Shown here piece after piece: positions 1-9,762 of a stretch of DNA of 32,000 nucleotides; position 1 is the stretch's first letter; every line of letters starts with the position of its first letter. This DNA comes from Candidatus Helarchaeota ASGARD archaeon Hel_GB_B (lineage in GTDB: Archaea > Asgardarchaeota > Lokiarchaeia > Helarchaeales > HEL-GB-B). Under the pieces are notes generated by a model, which was not told the DNA's origin, did not search any database, and saw nothing but the letters and a program-made list of their open reading frames with translations. Made by a program: the position numbers and the translations under genes. The DNA is taken from NCBI GenBank assembly GCA_005191425.1, contig SUPR01000011.1, forward strand, positions 20,327-52,326, in the 5' to 3' direction.

Positions 1-188
1 ACAAAAGTTCCGCCAATTTTATTGCATTCTTCTTGAATTATTGGTCCACCTTTTCTCCTAATAGCACCAGCCACACCACCACCCATGATTAATTGTGCAT
101 TAGCTGCATTAACTATTGCGTCAGTATCTTGTTCTGTAATATCTCCTTTTATTAAATTAATTTCTGAATCCTTTATTCTTACATTCAT
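1..188 (-). CDS. Macro domain protein (ADP-ribose binding / O-acetyl-ADP-ribose deacetylase family), runs off the left edge of the window
   Basis: Not in the ORF track. Manual reverse-strand translation from ATG at 188 gives [49 protein letters not shown]..., with the macrodomain motifs GDIT, AIVNAAN and GGGV. A GGTG RBS-like motif lies 8 nt upstream. Confidence 0.93.
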   Translation of the reverse strand, partial: MNVRIKDSEINLIKGDITEQDTDAIVNAANAQLIMGGGVAGAIRRKGGPIIQEECNKIGGTF

Positions 189-285
189 TTAACTTACACC
201 AAATCAATTATTTTTATTCTAAATTAAATAGTATTGTTGAATATTTAAATTTATAAAAATTCATTAAATTAAAAAAAGTTGTCAA

Positions 286-981
286 TTAACTAATTATAGA
301 ATATAATTCTTCCAAATCATTGACTAATAGATCAGGCGCTTCGCTTTTTAATTGGTCTTTAGAGTGAAAACCAGTGCAAACAGATATACACATAATACCA
401 CCATTTTTACCTGCTTTTATATCATGGATTGAGTCTCCAATGATAATACATTCCTCTTTTTTTAAATGTAAGTGATTGACAGCCAGAAGATAAGCCGCAG
501 GATTTGGTTTTCCAATTTTTATGTTATCACCAGTTATAATTACGTCAAAAAAATCAAACAATTTCACTTTTTTCAAAATATAATTAACATTAATTTGAGG
601 TGTAGAGGAACAGACCGCCAGTTTGTAATTATTAGACTTAAAATATTTTAATAATTTAATTGCGCCATTTTGGACAGGAATATCTCCTTCTAAAAATTCG
701 TGATAATATTTAATTTTTTTAGATGCAATTTTTTTTACAACTTTTTTTTCAGTACCACCAAGAGAATTAAAATTTTTATTAAATAAGATATCACTTGGAA
801 TATCCCACGGAGTTCGTCCCATATTTTGCTCTATAATTTTTTTGTCAATTGTATAACTACTTTCGTTAAATGCTTTCAAAAAAGCCTGGACATGATATTT
901 TAAAGTATTTATAAGCGTTCCATCTAAATCAAAGATAAACCCTTTTATTCTATTATTTAATATTTTATTCTTTAAGCTCAT
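286..981 (-). CDS. HAD-superfamily phosphatase (beta-phosphoglucomutase / phosphoglycolate phosphatase-like)
   Basis: Motif I FDLDGTL (DxD), motif II CSS, motif III KPNP, motif IV GDSIHD. Substrate cannot be assigned. Confidence 0.9.
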   Translation of the reverse strand: MSLKNKILNNRIKGFIFDLDGTLINTLKYHVQAFLKAFNESSYTIDKKIIEQNMGRTPWDIPSDILFNKNFNSLGGTEKKVVKKIASKKIKYYHEFLEGDIPVQNGAIKLLKYFKSNNYKLAVCSSTPQINVNYILKKVKLFDFFDVIITGDNIKIGKPNPAAYLLAVNHLHLKKEECIIIGDSIHDIKAGKNGGIMCISVCTGFHSKDQLKSEAPDLLVNDLEELYSIIS

Positions 982-2653
982 TGTCGCTCTTTCTTGTAGA
1001 TAATTTATTAAATATTAAAGTTCGTCTTCTTATACTTTTAAAAATACTTTTAATTGACCTTTTTAATGCACCCATATCATTTTTATGAAAACCCTTTATT
1101 AAATAGAAGATTAGAAAGCTAGTCCCGGCATATATCAATATTATTAGTCCATCAACAAGTAAATACAAGAATCCTTCGGTTGTCGTATATGGAATAAGAT
1201 TAAAAAATTTCAAAAATAAAAACAAGGTACTTGGGACAGAAATGGAGAATAGTATTTTTCCAAATTTAGTTATCAAACTTTTAATGGGATATTGTAATTT
1301 ATTTGCAGTATAAAATAAGAAAATAAATGAATAGATTGAAACTGCAAGTGCTACGCCCATTGCAAGTCCATTTAAATCGAAAAATATAAACCCAACTAAA
1401 CTAAATGAAACAATTAATCCATATTCAAGAAAAGCTAAGTACATCCATTTGTGGGTTAAATTCATACTTTGCATAATATATCTGCATAATCCTATGCTTA
1501 ATTTAATAGCGTACATTAATACTAAACTGCTTAATATTGGCCATGCATTATAAAATGGTAGACCGATGTAATGTAATAATATTTGGGGCGATAATAACAT
1601 TACGCTTGTTGCTAAAACAATTGATAAAAAGAAGGACAAATTGAATAATCTTCCAAATAAATCTCTAAATTTTTGCATTTCTTTTTTTGTATATAATTCA
1701 GTTGCAATTGCAACTTGACCACCCTGCAAGCTAGATGTTAATGCCATTCCATATCTTCCGAGTTTCAGAGAAGTCCCATAAATAGTAATTGAGTAATTTG
1801 GATTTGTATATGGGTATTTCATAGACATTAGATAAGGGATTAAAACGGTATTTAAATCAATAAACAATGTTTCATCAAAATTAGCGAAATAAAATGCTAA
1901 CCCTTGAGAGCTATACCTTTTTATATCTTTCCAATTGACATACTTTAAACTGAATTTCAAATTCTTATATCTTTTTTTGATTATGTAAAAAATGGCAATG
2001 CTCCCAATAATTATAAACAAATAATCAGATATAATGAGTCCTAATACATTAAAGCCCAATACAATAAATATTATTTTAAAAAATGATGTAGTTGTATTAA
2101 CAATAGTCATTATAAATACATAGAAATCATTTCTTTGGAAGCCCAATAATACTATTGTATATGGATTAACTAAATTAAGAATAAATCTACCAATTATTAA
2201 TGCAACACATGATGATATATAAATATTCATAAAACTTGGCTCAATAATACCTCTAGACGGCACAAAAAAAAACATTATAAAAATCAAAATTATTGTAGTT
2301 ATGATGGAAGCTAAAATATTTAAAAATAAATTAATCGAGAAAACTGAATTTATTTTGTTTTCATTCTTTAAGGAAAAATATTCCGATATGAATTTGCTAC
2401 TAGAAAAATTTGTCCCTAAATTAAAAAAATTATAGGATAATATTATTATACCGGCATAGGAAGTGATAGTGTAATAATATCCGAAATCAAATTTGATAAA
2501 ATTTAAGATTATTGGTATTGAAATAAACTTTAAAATATAACTTATTATATTTCCTGCTAGATTAAATAAAGAGTTTCTACCAACTCTTTCACTAAAAGGA
2601 ATTTTATAGCTTATATTTTCATCAAAATCATTATTTTGCTTGTCTTCTGCCAC
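965..2653 (-). CDS. Oligosaccharide/polysaccharide flippase (Wzx/MurJ-like, MOP superfamily)
   Basis: 562 aa with roughly 12-14 hydrophobic segments. The N-terminal pattern 'VGRNSLFNLAGNIISYILKFISIPII...GYYYTITSY...NLG' is typical of polysaccharide-biosynthesis flippases. GTG start; overlaps the HAD gene by 17 nt. Confidence 0.75.
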   Translation of the reverse strand: MAEDKQNNDFDENISYKIPFSERVGRNSLFNLAGNIISYILKFISIPIILNFIKFDFGYYYTITSYAGIIILSYNFFNLGTNFSSSKFISEYFSLKNENKINSVFSINLFLNILASIITTIILIFIMFFFVPSRGIIEPSFMNIYISSCVALIIGRFILNLVNPYTIVLLGFQRNDFYVFIMTIVNTTTSFFKIIFIVLGFNVLGLIISDYLFIIIGSIAIFYIIKKRYKNLKFSLKYVNWKDIKRYSSQGLAFYFANFDETLFIDLNTVLIPYLMSMKYPYTNPNYSITIYGTSLKLGRYGMALTSSLQGGQVAIATELYTKKEMQKFRDLFGRLFNLSFFLSIVLATSVMLLSPQILLHYIGLPFYNAWPILSSLVLMYAIKLSIGLCRYIMQSMNLTHKWMYLAFLEYGLIVSFSLVGFIFFDLNGLAMGVALAVSIYSFIFLFYTANKLQYPIKSLITKFGKILFSISVPSTLFLFLKFFNLIPYTTTEGFLYLLVDGLIILIYAGTSFLIFYLIKGFHKNDMGALKRSIKSIFKSIRRRTLIFNKLSTRKSDNELKE

Positions 2654-3223
2654 TAATTCTCACATTCCATATAACTATTATTACAAAATCTATTAATCAA
2701 ACATAATAAACAATCAAATCAAAACTTTACTACTATTTTAAGATTTATTAAATGTTTATTCTTAAACTCTTTCGATTTTTTCATTCGACTTTTTAAATTA
2801 ATTGGTATAATTTATTTAAATACTTTAATTTTAATGTTCAGATTTTGAAAATATAATTATGTAATAAATTTTTTAATGTAGAATAGAACCAAATTAACTG
2901 TTAATATATAAATTGCGCATCATATTGATTGTAATTGTTTCTTTTTTCTGCTCAAATGATAGTTTAAATTTTTAAATTATCGAAAATTTTCATTCGCACC
3001 TAAATTATTAAAATTAATAAATATTTTTTTAATTAGATTATTTTGAAAATATCTAAAAAAATAACTAAATATATTAAAAATACAATCGCCTTAAATAGAA
3101 TCATCAAAAATTAAATTATTTAAGGTATTAAAATTATAGTAAGAAAAATTTAACTACAAATTCAGTTATATAAAAGGGCTTATAATTTATAATCCAATAA
3201 AAAATAAATATTAATTCAGAAAA

Positions 3224-4192
3224 ATGAAAAAAATAATTATAATTACACATAGAGAAGACCTTGATGGAATAGGTTCTGCTGCAATATTAAAGAGATATTA
3301 TGACCAAAGTGGTGAATATTTCTTTTTTTTTTATTACTCTCTTTATAGTGAATTTGTGAAATTAATTTCAAAGGCAATAGTTAAAGATTTTGATTTGTTA
3401 TATATAACAGATATTGGATTTAATGAATTATATTTACCATTTTTTCGAGGAACGGTTGATTTTCATAAAAAAAATTATTATGAATCTATTAGATTAAAGT
3501 TCAAGAAAATTTATTGGATAGACCATCATCTGATTAATAATGAAAATAGAAGATTTATGGAATCTATTTTAGGAGGTTTTATTCACAACGCTAAAAATGG
3601 TTGCGCATCTAAATTACTTTATAAATATCTAAAGGAAAAATATGGGTGGATAGATAGTATTTCGGAGCAAATTTCTAATTTTGCTAATGCAGTAGACCAT
3701 AATATAAGTTTAGAAATATCAGATATGTTGCAGAGGGTCATAAATGCAAATCAAACTAATTTAAGAAATTTATATAAAATAATGTTATATTTATCTGAGG
3801 GAGATTTTGAGAATGACTGGATTATAAATCAGAACAAAGAAAGATTAAAAGTTGAAAATATCGAGATAAAACGAGTTTTAAAAAATTTAATAAATTTTGA
3901 AATAAATGGGTTGAAAATACTTATAGGAATTTCTGAAATATTTACGACAGGTAGTCTTATAAAATATTTATTTAACAATCTTGATGCAGATATCTATCTA
4001 ACAATAAATGGAGACCAAGTTTCAATTAGAAGCCATTCGATCAATGTGCGAAATATAGCAACTGAATTCGGCGGTGGTGGACATAAATTTAGAGCAGGGT
4101 TTGTTTATAAAGATATAATTAAAGATAACAAAATATCAAAAAAATTCATAGAGGAGTTTAAAAATATAATAAGTATTAAAACTAAAAAATAA
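3224..4192 (+). CDS. DHH/DHHA1 family phosphoesterase (NrnA-like)
   Basis: THREDLDG (DxDG), ITDIG, WIDHH (DHH) and C-terminal GGGH (DHHA1) motifs. Confidence 0.9.
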   Translation: MKKIIIITHREDLDGIGSAAILKRYYDQSGEYFFFFYYSLYSEFVKLISKAIVKDFDLLYITDIGFNELYLPFFRGTVDFHKKNYYESIRLKFKKIYWIDHHLINNENRRFMESILGGFIHNAKNGCASKLLYKYLKEKYGWIDSISEQISNFANAVDHNISLEISDMLQRVINANQTNLRNLYKIMLYLSEGDFENDWIINQNKERLKVENIEIKRVLKNLINFEINGLKILIGISEIFTTGSLIKYLFNNLDADIYLTINGDQVSIRSHSINVRNIATEFGGGGHKFRAGFVYKDIIKDNKISKKFIEEFKNIISIKTKK

Positions 4193-4226
4193 GTTATGAC
4201 TTGGGTTTTTTTAATTTGAAAAATCA

Positions 4227-4760
4227 TTAATCAGTACTGGACCCACATTTAAAACAGAATTTATCATTTCTTGAGATTGGTTCACCACAATAGGGACAAT
4301 AATAAGGATTTTCAGATTTTGCTTCACTGACTTCAATTTTTTGGTCTTCCAATTTTTTAGGATTGATAATAATATCACCAGTTTTTTTATCATAGATATA
4401 TTTTAACCTGCCTTCAGATCTTAAGTCCATTAGAACTCTGAGTAAAATGTTTTGACTAATCATGGTCTCTGAACTTAACTTATCTAGTGAAATTCTATCG
4501 TTCAATTCTTTATAAGAATTCAATACACTTTCTACTGTTTTCTTAAATCTTTTATTTTGCATATATTGATTAACTGACGCAATCCATAGGAAAAAAGCTG
4601 GGATACCAAACCAAAAGCCCCAATACTTAATTCCAATAAAAGGAATATCAAATATAATGAATACAATACTGATTAATACAAGTATTGTAAAAACTAAAGC
4701 TACACCAGCAGTATTCCAGAATTCTCTACTTTTTTCATAATACCTATCATCTTTTTTCAA
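4227..4760 (-). CDS. Membrane protein with winged-helix (PCI-like) segment and C-terminal zinc ribbon
   Basis: Two N-terminal hydrophobic helices, then 'RISLDKLSSETMISQNILLRVLMDLRSEGRLKYIYDKKTGDIII' (winged-helix pattern), then CPYCG...CFKCG. TTG start. Confidence 0.65.
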   Translation of the reverse strand: MKKDDRYYEKSREFWNTAGVALVFTILVLISIVFIIFDIPFIGIKYWGFWFGIPAFFLWIASVNQYMQNKRFKKTVESVLNSYKELNDRISLDKLSSETMISQNILLRVLMDLRSEGRLKYIYDKKTGDIIINPKKLEDQKIEVSEAKSENPYYCPYCGEPISRNDKFCFKCGSSTD

Positions 4761-5011
4761 TATTCAAACACCAAAGAATTTCTCTTTATTTTCTATACAT
4801 ATTCCAATTGTCTTATCTTATATAAAGATTTAAAGATTGAATAGAATTATTAATAATAAAAAAACTTTATTTTAAATAGTTATTGGTTTTATAATCTAAT
4901 AAAAGGCTAAGAAATTAAAATAAAAAAGATAAAACATAATTTTTCAATCAATAAAAAAGAGTTTCAAAAATATTCTGAGAATAAAATTAAATCAAAAATT
5001 AAATAAAAAAA

Positions 5012-5932
5012 TTAAATAAAAATTTTAACGAGTGGAGCAAAGAATCTTATAAAACCAACTTTCCAGCCAAGATTACTTCTAAGATCATCGATGTAATCGT
5101 CGAAATTTCTTTTTTGAAAATTAAAGACTTTTTCAGATGTATTTGTATCATACCAGTCAAGGTAAAAATGGTCATTACTAAATTTTTCCTTATTGGGAGG
5201 CGGCAAATTGAACATTTCAAATAACTTAACAATTTGATCATAATAAATAAGTTGACATTGTGTGCCGCCACCGATAATATAGGTCTTTTTAGCTTGATGG
5301 GGAGGTATTGAAACTGCATTGGATACAGCTAAGGCTACATCTAAAGGATGAATAAATTCCACTCTTTGATCCCAAGGAAGTGAATACATTCGTTTTAAGT
5401 TTTTTGGTTTAAGGTCAACATTTAGATATGGTGCTTCAGCAAATCTGAGGATTATCCACTCTAAATTAGAGTTTTTAACAATATTTTCACATTTTATTTT
5501 ATGTTCAGAATAATTATCTGTAGCAAAAACAGGGTGATCAACAGTTATTGGGGGATTTTCATTATGTGTATGGCCAAAAACAGCAACAGAAGAAGTAAAT
5601 ATAAGTCTACAATTTGGATTTAATTGCTCAATTAATTTTACTAACTGTCTAGTACCTTCAACATTAATTTCATAAGCTTTGGGATTTGTTTCAGACCAAG
5701 GAGGTAATATGAATGCTAAATGTATAATAACATCTTGATCAGGAATTAAATCCTTATACGTATTTTCATCTAATATATTTCCCCATTTTACTAAGTCGGG
5801 AAATTTATTAGCGCCCATTTGGTTATTCATAGTTTTTAGATCAAAAATGGTAATTTCATGCCCTTTTTCTAACAAATTTTTGCAAATATGTCTTCCTAGA
5901 CCGCCTAAGCCACCAGTAATTAATATTTTCAT
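5012..5932 (-). CDS. Extended SDR (NAD-dependent epimerase/dehydratase; 3-beta-hydroxysteroid dehydrogenase-like fold)
   Basis: TGGLGGLG Rossmann motif with acidic residue after beta-2 (IFD, NAD preference), IIHLA, NVEGT, FTSS and catalytic YSEHK (YxxxK). Confidence 0.85.
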   Translation of the reverse strand: MKILITGGLGGLGRHICKNLLEKGHEITIFDLKTMNNQMGANKFPDLVKWGNILDENTYKDLIPDQDVIIHLAFILPPWSETNPKAYEINVEGTRQLVKLIEQLNPNCRLIFTSSVAVFGHTHNENPPITVDHPVFATDNYSEHKIKCENIVKNSNLEWIILRFAEAPYLNVDLKPKNLKRMYSLPWDQRVEFIHPLDVALAVSNAVSIPPHQAKKTYIIGGGTQCQLIYYDQIVKLFEMFNLPPPNKEKFSNDHFYLDWYDTNTSEKVFNFQKRNFDDYIDDLRSNLGWKVGFIRFFAPLVKIFI

Positions 5933-6041
5933 AGTAGTTCACTTTTAAACAAATAAATTTTAACCAATTAATATTACCCAAAAAATTATAAAATAAATAA
6001 ATAATGCTTGAAATATCAAGGTAATATAAAAATAATAAAAT
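5933..6041. promoter_or_regulatory. Probable bidirectional promoter region between SDR and 5-alpha-reductase-like gene
   Basis: 109-nt AT-rich spacer between divergent genes with TATA-like runs. Position is the only support; individual elements cannot be resolved at this AT content. Confidence 0.3.
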
Positions 6042-6797
6042 GTGAAAATGATGATCGAATTGTTTTTTTTTTACACAATAGAAATCATGTTTTTAATTTG
6101 GGGTGGAATAATGTTTATAGTTTTATTATCTAAACCAGCTAATTATGGGAGACATGCTAAGAGTGGAATTAATTATAGGATAGCATGGGTAATTATGGAA
6201 TCAGTATCATTGTTTATGTACTTAATTTGTTATTTTATTGGTAATAGATTGTATAATGTAGTTGCTATAATATTTATGTGTTTATTTGTTGGACATTATA
6301 TTAACCGAGCTTTTATTTTTCCATTTCTTGTTAGAGGTAAAGAATTTATTCCATTTTCTATAATGATGACAGGTGTTCTTTTTAACTTAATAAATGGATA
6401 TTTACAAGGAAGATGGTTAACTTATTTTGGTCCTATTCTCGAAATTAATTGGTTATTAACGCCACAATTTTTAATAGGTATTACCATTTTTTTTATAGGA
6501 GTGATAATTAATTTGCATTCAGACCATATTCTAAGGACATTGAGAAAACACGGTGATAGAGGATATAAAATTCCTTTTGGAGGAGTTTTCAAGTGGGTAT
6601 CTTGTGGAAATTATTTGGGAGAAGTTATAGAATGGGTTGGATGGGCTATTTTGACCTGGTCTTTTTCAGGTCTAGTTTTTGCTTTTTGGGTCATGGCAAA
6701 TTTAATTCCCAGAGCGAGGTCACATCATAAATGGTATTTAGAACATTTTCCGGACTATCCAAAAGATAGAAAAGCCATTTTTCCATTTTTAATTTAG
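6042..6797 (+). CDS. 3-oxo-5-alpha-steroid 4-dehydrogenase (SRD5A1/2, DET2-like) membrane reductase
   Basis: Family motifs YGRH, WVIMES, GHYINRAF, INLHSDHILRTLR, YKIPFGG..VSCGNYLGEVIEW, NLIPRARSHHKWY and RKAIFPF; about 7 hydrophobic segments. The true start may be the in-frame ATG at 6048 or 6051. Confidence 0.9.
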   Translation: MKMMIELFFFYTIEIMFLIWGGIMFIVLLSKPANYGRHAKSGINYRIAWVIMESVSLFMYLICYFIGNRLYNVVAIIFMCLFVGHYINRAFIFPFLVRGKEFIPFSIMMTGVLFNLINGYLQGRWLTYFGPILEINWLLTPQFLIGITIFFIGVIINLHSDHILRTLRKHGDRGYKIPFGGVFKWVSCGNYLGEVIEWVGWAILTWSFSGLVFAFWVMANLIPRARSHHKWYLEHFPDYPKDRKAIFPFLI

Positions 6798-6818
6798 TTT
6801 ATTAAAAAAAAGCAAATA

Positions 6819-6825
6819 AAGGAGG
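6819..6825 (+). promoter_or_regulatory. Shine-Dalgarno motif AAGGAGG
   Basis: AAGGAGG ends 6 nt before the ATG at 6832. Confidence 0.7.
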
Positions 6826-6831
6826 ATGTAG

Positions 6832-7503
6832 ATGAAAAAAATTATATTACAAATAAAAAATGAAATTCCAAAAGAATTCATGGAGATCATTGGTTTTAAG
6901 TCGTTATTTGACTATGTAGAAAAATTAGAAGTTTTACATATTTTCAGATATGATAATTATAATTTAATAGCAATCCAAAAGTTCAAGTTTTGCTGTGATT
7001 ATAAGCCAATTGATTTATTAAAAATAAAAGAAATGGGGATTAAATATATAGAAGAACTGGCTATTATAAATGAAAATGAATATATTTGCTTTGTTAAAAC
7101 GCAAAAAGAAAATAAATTTCATGAATTAATATCAGATTTTGATGTATTATTGCATTATCCAATTATTTTTACGAAAAATTATATTAAAATATCAATAATA
7201 TCCTATGAAACACAATTAAAATCGGTCATAGATTTTTTTTCTAAGTATACTTCAAAAGAAAATTTTAAAATATTAAGCATTATGCCAATTAAAAGTAATA
7301 TAAATTCAATTTATTCGATATTATCGGCAAAGCAATTGGAAATAATGAAATATGCTGTACAAAATGGTTATTTCCAAATTCCAAGAAAAATTTCGGCTGA
7401 ACAAATAGCAAAGCACTATAATATTTCAATTTCCGCGGTCCACGAACATTTAAGAAAGGCAGAACGAAAAATTTTTGAGGTATTATTTAGAATTGAGATT
7501 TAA
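6832..7503 (+). CDS. Transcriptional regulator with C-terminal bacterio-opsin-activator-type HTH (HTH_10)
   Basis: C-terminal LSAKQLEIMKYAVQNGYFQIPRKISAEQIAKHYNISISAVHEHLRKAERKI matches the HTH_10 pattern. The N-terminal ~160 aa may be an effector domain. Confidence 0.85.
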   Translation: MKKIILQIKNEIPKEFMEIIGFKSLFDYVEKLEVLHIFRYDNYNLIAIQKFKFCCDYKPIDLLKIKEMGIKYIEELAIINENEYICFVKTQKENKFHELISDFDVLLHYPIIFTKNYIKISIISYETQLKSVIDFFSKYTSKENFKILSIMPIKSNINSIYSILSAKQLEIMKYAVQNGYFQIPRKISAEQIAKHYNISISAVHEHLRKAERKIFEVLFRIEI

Positions 7504-7535
7504 TTATTTTGTATAATAAAAAATAAGGATATTCA

Positions 7536-9104
7536 TTAGTAAGATTCTAAAATAAACTTATTTAAGTCAGAATAAATTTCATTTTCGTTCATAATATTAA
7601 ATATCCTTTTATTAATTGCAAACAATTTATTATATTTTTCATTGTTTTTTGCATTGGGTTTTAATTTTTCTTTAATTGTAATCATGCTTTCAATTGCATC
7701 ATCAAAATTTTTATATACCCCGGAACCTACCCCAATTAAAATAGCACAGCCAAGTGAGGTAGTTTCTTCAGTTGAAACCCTTAGTACGGGTATCCCGTAA
7801 ATATCGGCTTGTATTTGATTCCAGAACGAAGATCTAGTACCTCCCCCTGTAATTCTTATTTCATCAACCTTAATACCCATTTCGTTAAATAATTCAATAT
7901 TTTTTCTAATTTCGAAACCAACTGCTTCAAAAATTGACCTGATAATATCATACCTTGTATGGTTTAATGATAATCCAATAATAATTCCTTTAGCTAAACT
8001 ATTCCAGTAAGGAGCACCTGCACCTGCAAAATGAGGAATTAAAAGCAGCCCATTTGCTCCAAGTCTAGTATTTTTTTTGCATTCTTCATTTAGAATATCA
8101 TAAGGGTCTCTACCAGTTTTATTTGCTAATTCTTTTTCTTTTTCTCCAAAATTATCCCTAAACCACCTATATATAGCGCCAGTAGTAAAAACAGAAGCTT
8201 CAAGAATATATTTTCCGGGTATAGCATGACATGTAGTAAGAATTCTTCTTTTAGGATCACGAGTTAATTTATCAATATATGCCAAAATAAAGCTCCCAGT
8301 TCCAGTAGTAACTTTGACCCGTCCTTCTTTTATTACCCCATTTCCAACCGCTGCACATTGTTGGTCGCCGCCACCTGCTATTATCGGAGTACCTTCATTA
8401 AATCCAGTTTCATTTGCTGCTTTTTTCGAGACCTTACCAACAACTTTACTTGATGGAACAGTTTCAGGTAATTTATCAATATCAAGTTCTAATTTATCAC
8501 AAATTTCTTTACTCCATTCGAATTTAGTTATATCAAATAACATAGTCCTGGATGCATTCGACCAATCTGAGACAAAAATATTTCCTAGTTTATTAATTAA
8601 GAAATCATGGACAAGTAAAAATTTGTGTGTCTTTTTGAAAATTTCGGGTTGATTTTTTTTAATCCACATTATTTTAGGGGCAGAGAAATAAGGGTTAATC
8701 GTAAGGCCAGTAATTCTATTTATTTCTTCAAAACCAATTAGCTTTTCTATATCTTTACATTCATCAATAGTCCTTCTATCCTGCCAAATAATTGCATTTC
8801 GTAGAGGAATGCCGTCTTCAGATACGGGTACAATGGTTTCTCTCTGATTGGTAATGCTAATTCCAATTATTTGGTCTTTCGATACACCAGACTTTTTTAT
8901 TACAGCTTTTGAAGTTTCTTTAACTGATTGATACCAATCATTAGCATTTTGTTCGACCCAATTTGGATTTTCAAAGTAACTTTTATGCTCTTTATAAGCT
9001 TTGCCGAGTTCTTTCCCAGATGAATCATAAAGAATAGTCCTTAATCCGGTTGTACCTGCATCTATAACTGCAAAAATTTCCTTTTTAGCCATATTTATCA
9101 TCAA
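7536..9104 (-). CDS. FGGY-family carbohydrate kinase, glycerol kinase-like
   Basis: IDAGTT, NQRET, WQDRRT, YFSAPK, SDWSNASRTMLF, GDQQ, GTGSF, GAPYW and GGGT motifs. Confidence 0.85.
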   Translation of the reverse strand: MMINMAKKEIFAVIDAGTTGLRTILYDSSGKELGKAYKEHKSYFENPNWVEQNANDWYQSVKETSKAVIKKSGVSKDQIIGISITNQRETIVPVSEDGIPLRNAIIWQDRRTIDECKDIEKLIGFEEINRITGLTINPYFSAPKIMWIKKNQPEIFKKTHKFLLVHDFLINKLGNIFVSDWSNASRTMLFDITKFEWSKEICDKLELDIDKLPETVPSSKVVGKVSKKAANETGFNEGTPIIAGGGDQQCAAVGNGVIKEGRVKVTTGTGSFILAYIDKLTRDPKRRILTTCHAIPGKYILEASVFTTGAIYRWFRDNFGEKEKELANKTGRDPYDILNEECKKNTRLGANGLLLIPHFAGAGAPYWNSLAKGIIIGLSLNHTRYDIIRSIFEAVGFEIRKNIELFNEMGIKVDEIRITGGGTRSSFWNQIQADIYGIPVLRVSTEETTSLGCAILIGVGSGVYKNFDDAIESMITIKEKLKPNAKNNEKYNKLFAINKRIFNIMNENEIYSDLNKFILESY

Positions 9105-9239
9105 ATATTATGCTAGTTTTTTAGTATTAGTTATTTTTATAATAATTAAAACTTTAGCTAATAATATTTTAATTGAAGATTCTTAATCAAATTAAATTTA
9201 ATCTTGGAAAATTAAATTAAAAAGAATTAAAATAAAAAA

Positions 9240-9632
9240 TTAGCCTTCAATTTTTTCAATAAACATTAAAGGGAAATTTAATTCTTCAATAAATTTTATA
9301 CGAGAATAGACGATTATATTTTCATATTCAGATATTAATTTTACATCAATTATTTCGCTGTTTAAAACAGAGTAGTCATAAGGATTTTCATGATTTTTCA
9401 ATTTATCAAAATTTATTTTTACATCTACGGATTTAATGTAAGGTTGCGTTGATATTGATTCTTCTATCATTTTTTCGACATTTGAAATAAAAATTTTATC
9501 TTTTTTTAATGGCATCCCTATAAATTGATGAAATAATGCGCCGAGACTAATTCCTGCCTCGAATATAGCCCGATCTCTTGCTAAAACTTCATTTCCAAAA
9601 AATTTTTTGATAATTTTTTCAGAATCGTTCAT
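9240..9632 (-). CDS. mptD: Archaeal dihydroneopterin aldolase (MptD family)
   Basis: RDRAIFEAGISLGALFHQFIGMP, IEESISTQPY and C-terminal LNFPLMFI match the MJ0408/MptD family. Confidence 0.85.
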   Translation of the reverse strand: MNDSEKIIKKFFGNEVLARDRAIFEAGISLGALFHQFIGMPLKKDKIFISNVEKMIEESISTQPYIKSVDVKINFDKLKNHENPYDYSVLNSEIIDVKLISEYENIIVYSRIKFIEELNFPLMFIEKIEG

Positions 9633-9762
9633 ATTGTTGATATAGGTTTATTTTAAATTTAATAATTTGTATTATTTGGAACTTTAAGATTAAAATGTAT
9701 TAAGATATATTTTGATTACAATAGGAAAAATATTAACAAAGTTAACCAGTTATCTTTCATTT

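Noticed and set aside
2654-3223. Long intergenic regions (also 17230-17611, 22709-23203, 25174-25478) inspected for tRNA, SRP RNA, CRISPR repeats and IS ends
   Set aside because: They are almost devoid of G+C, with no GC-rich stems, repeat-spacer periodicity or terminal inverted repeats. Only a short TTTCATTCG duplicate was seen, consistent with chance.
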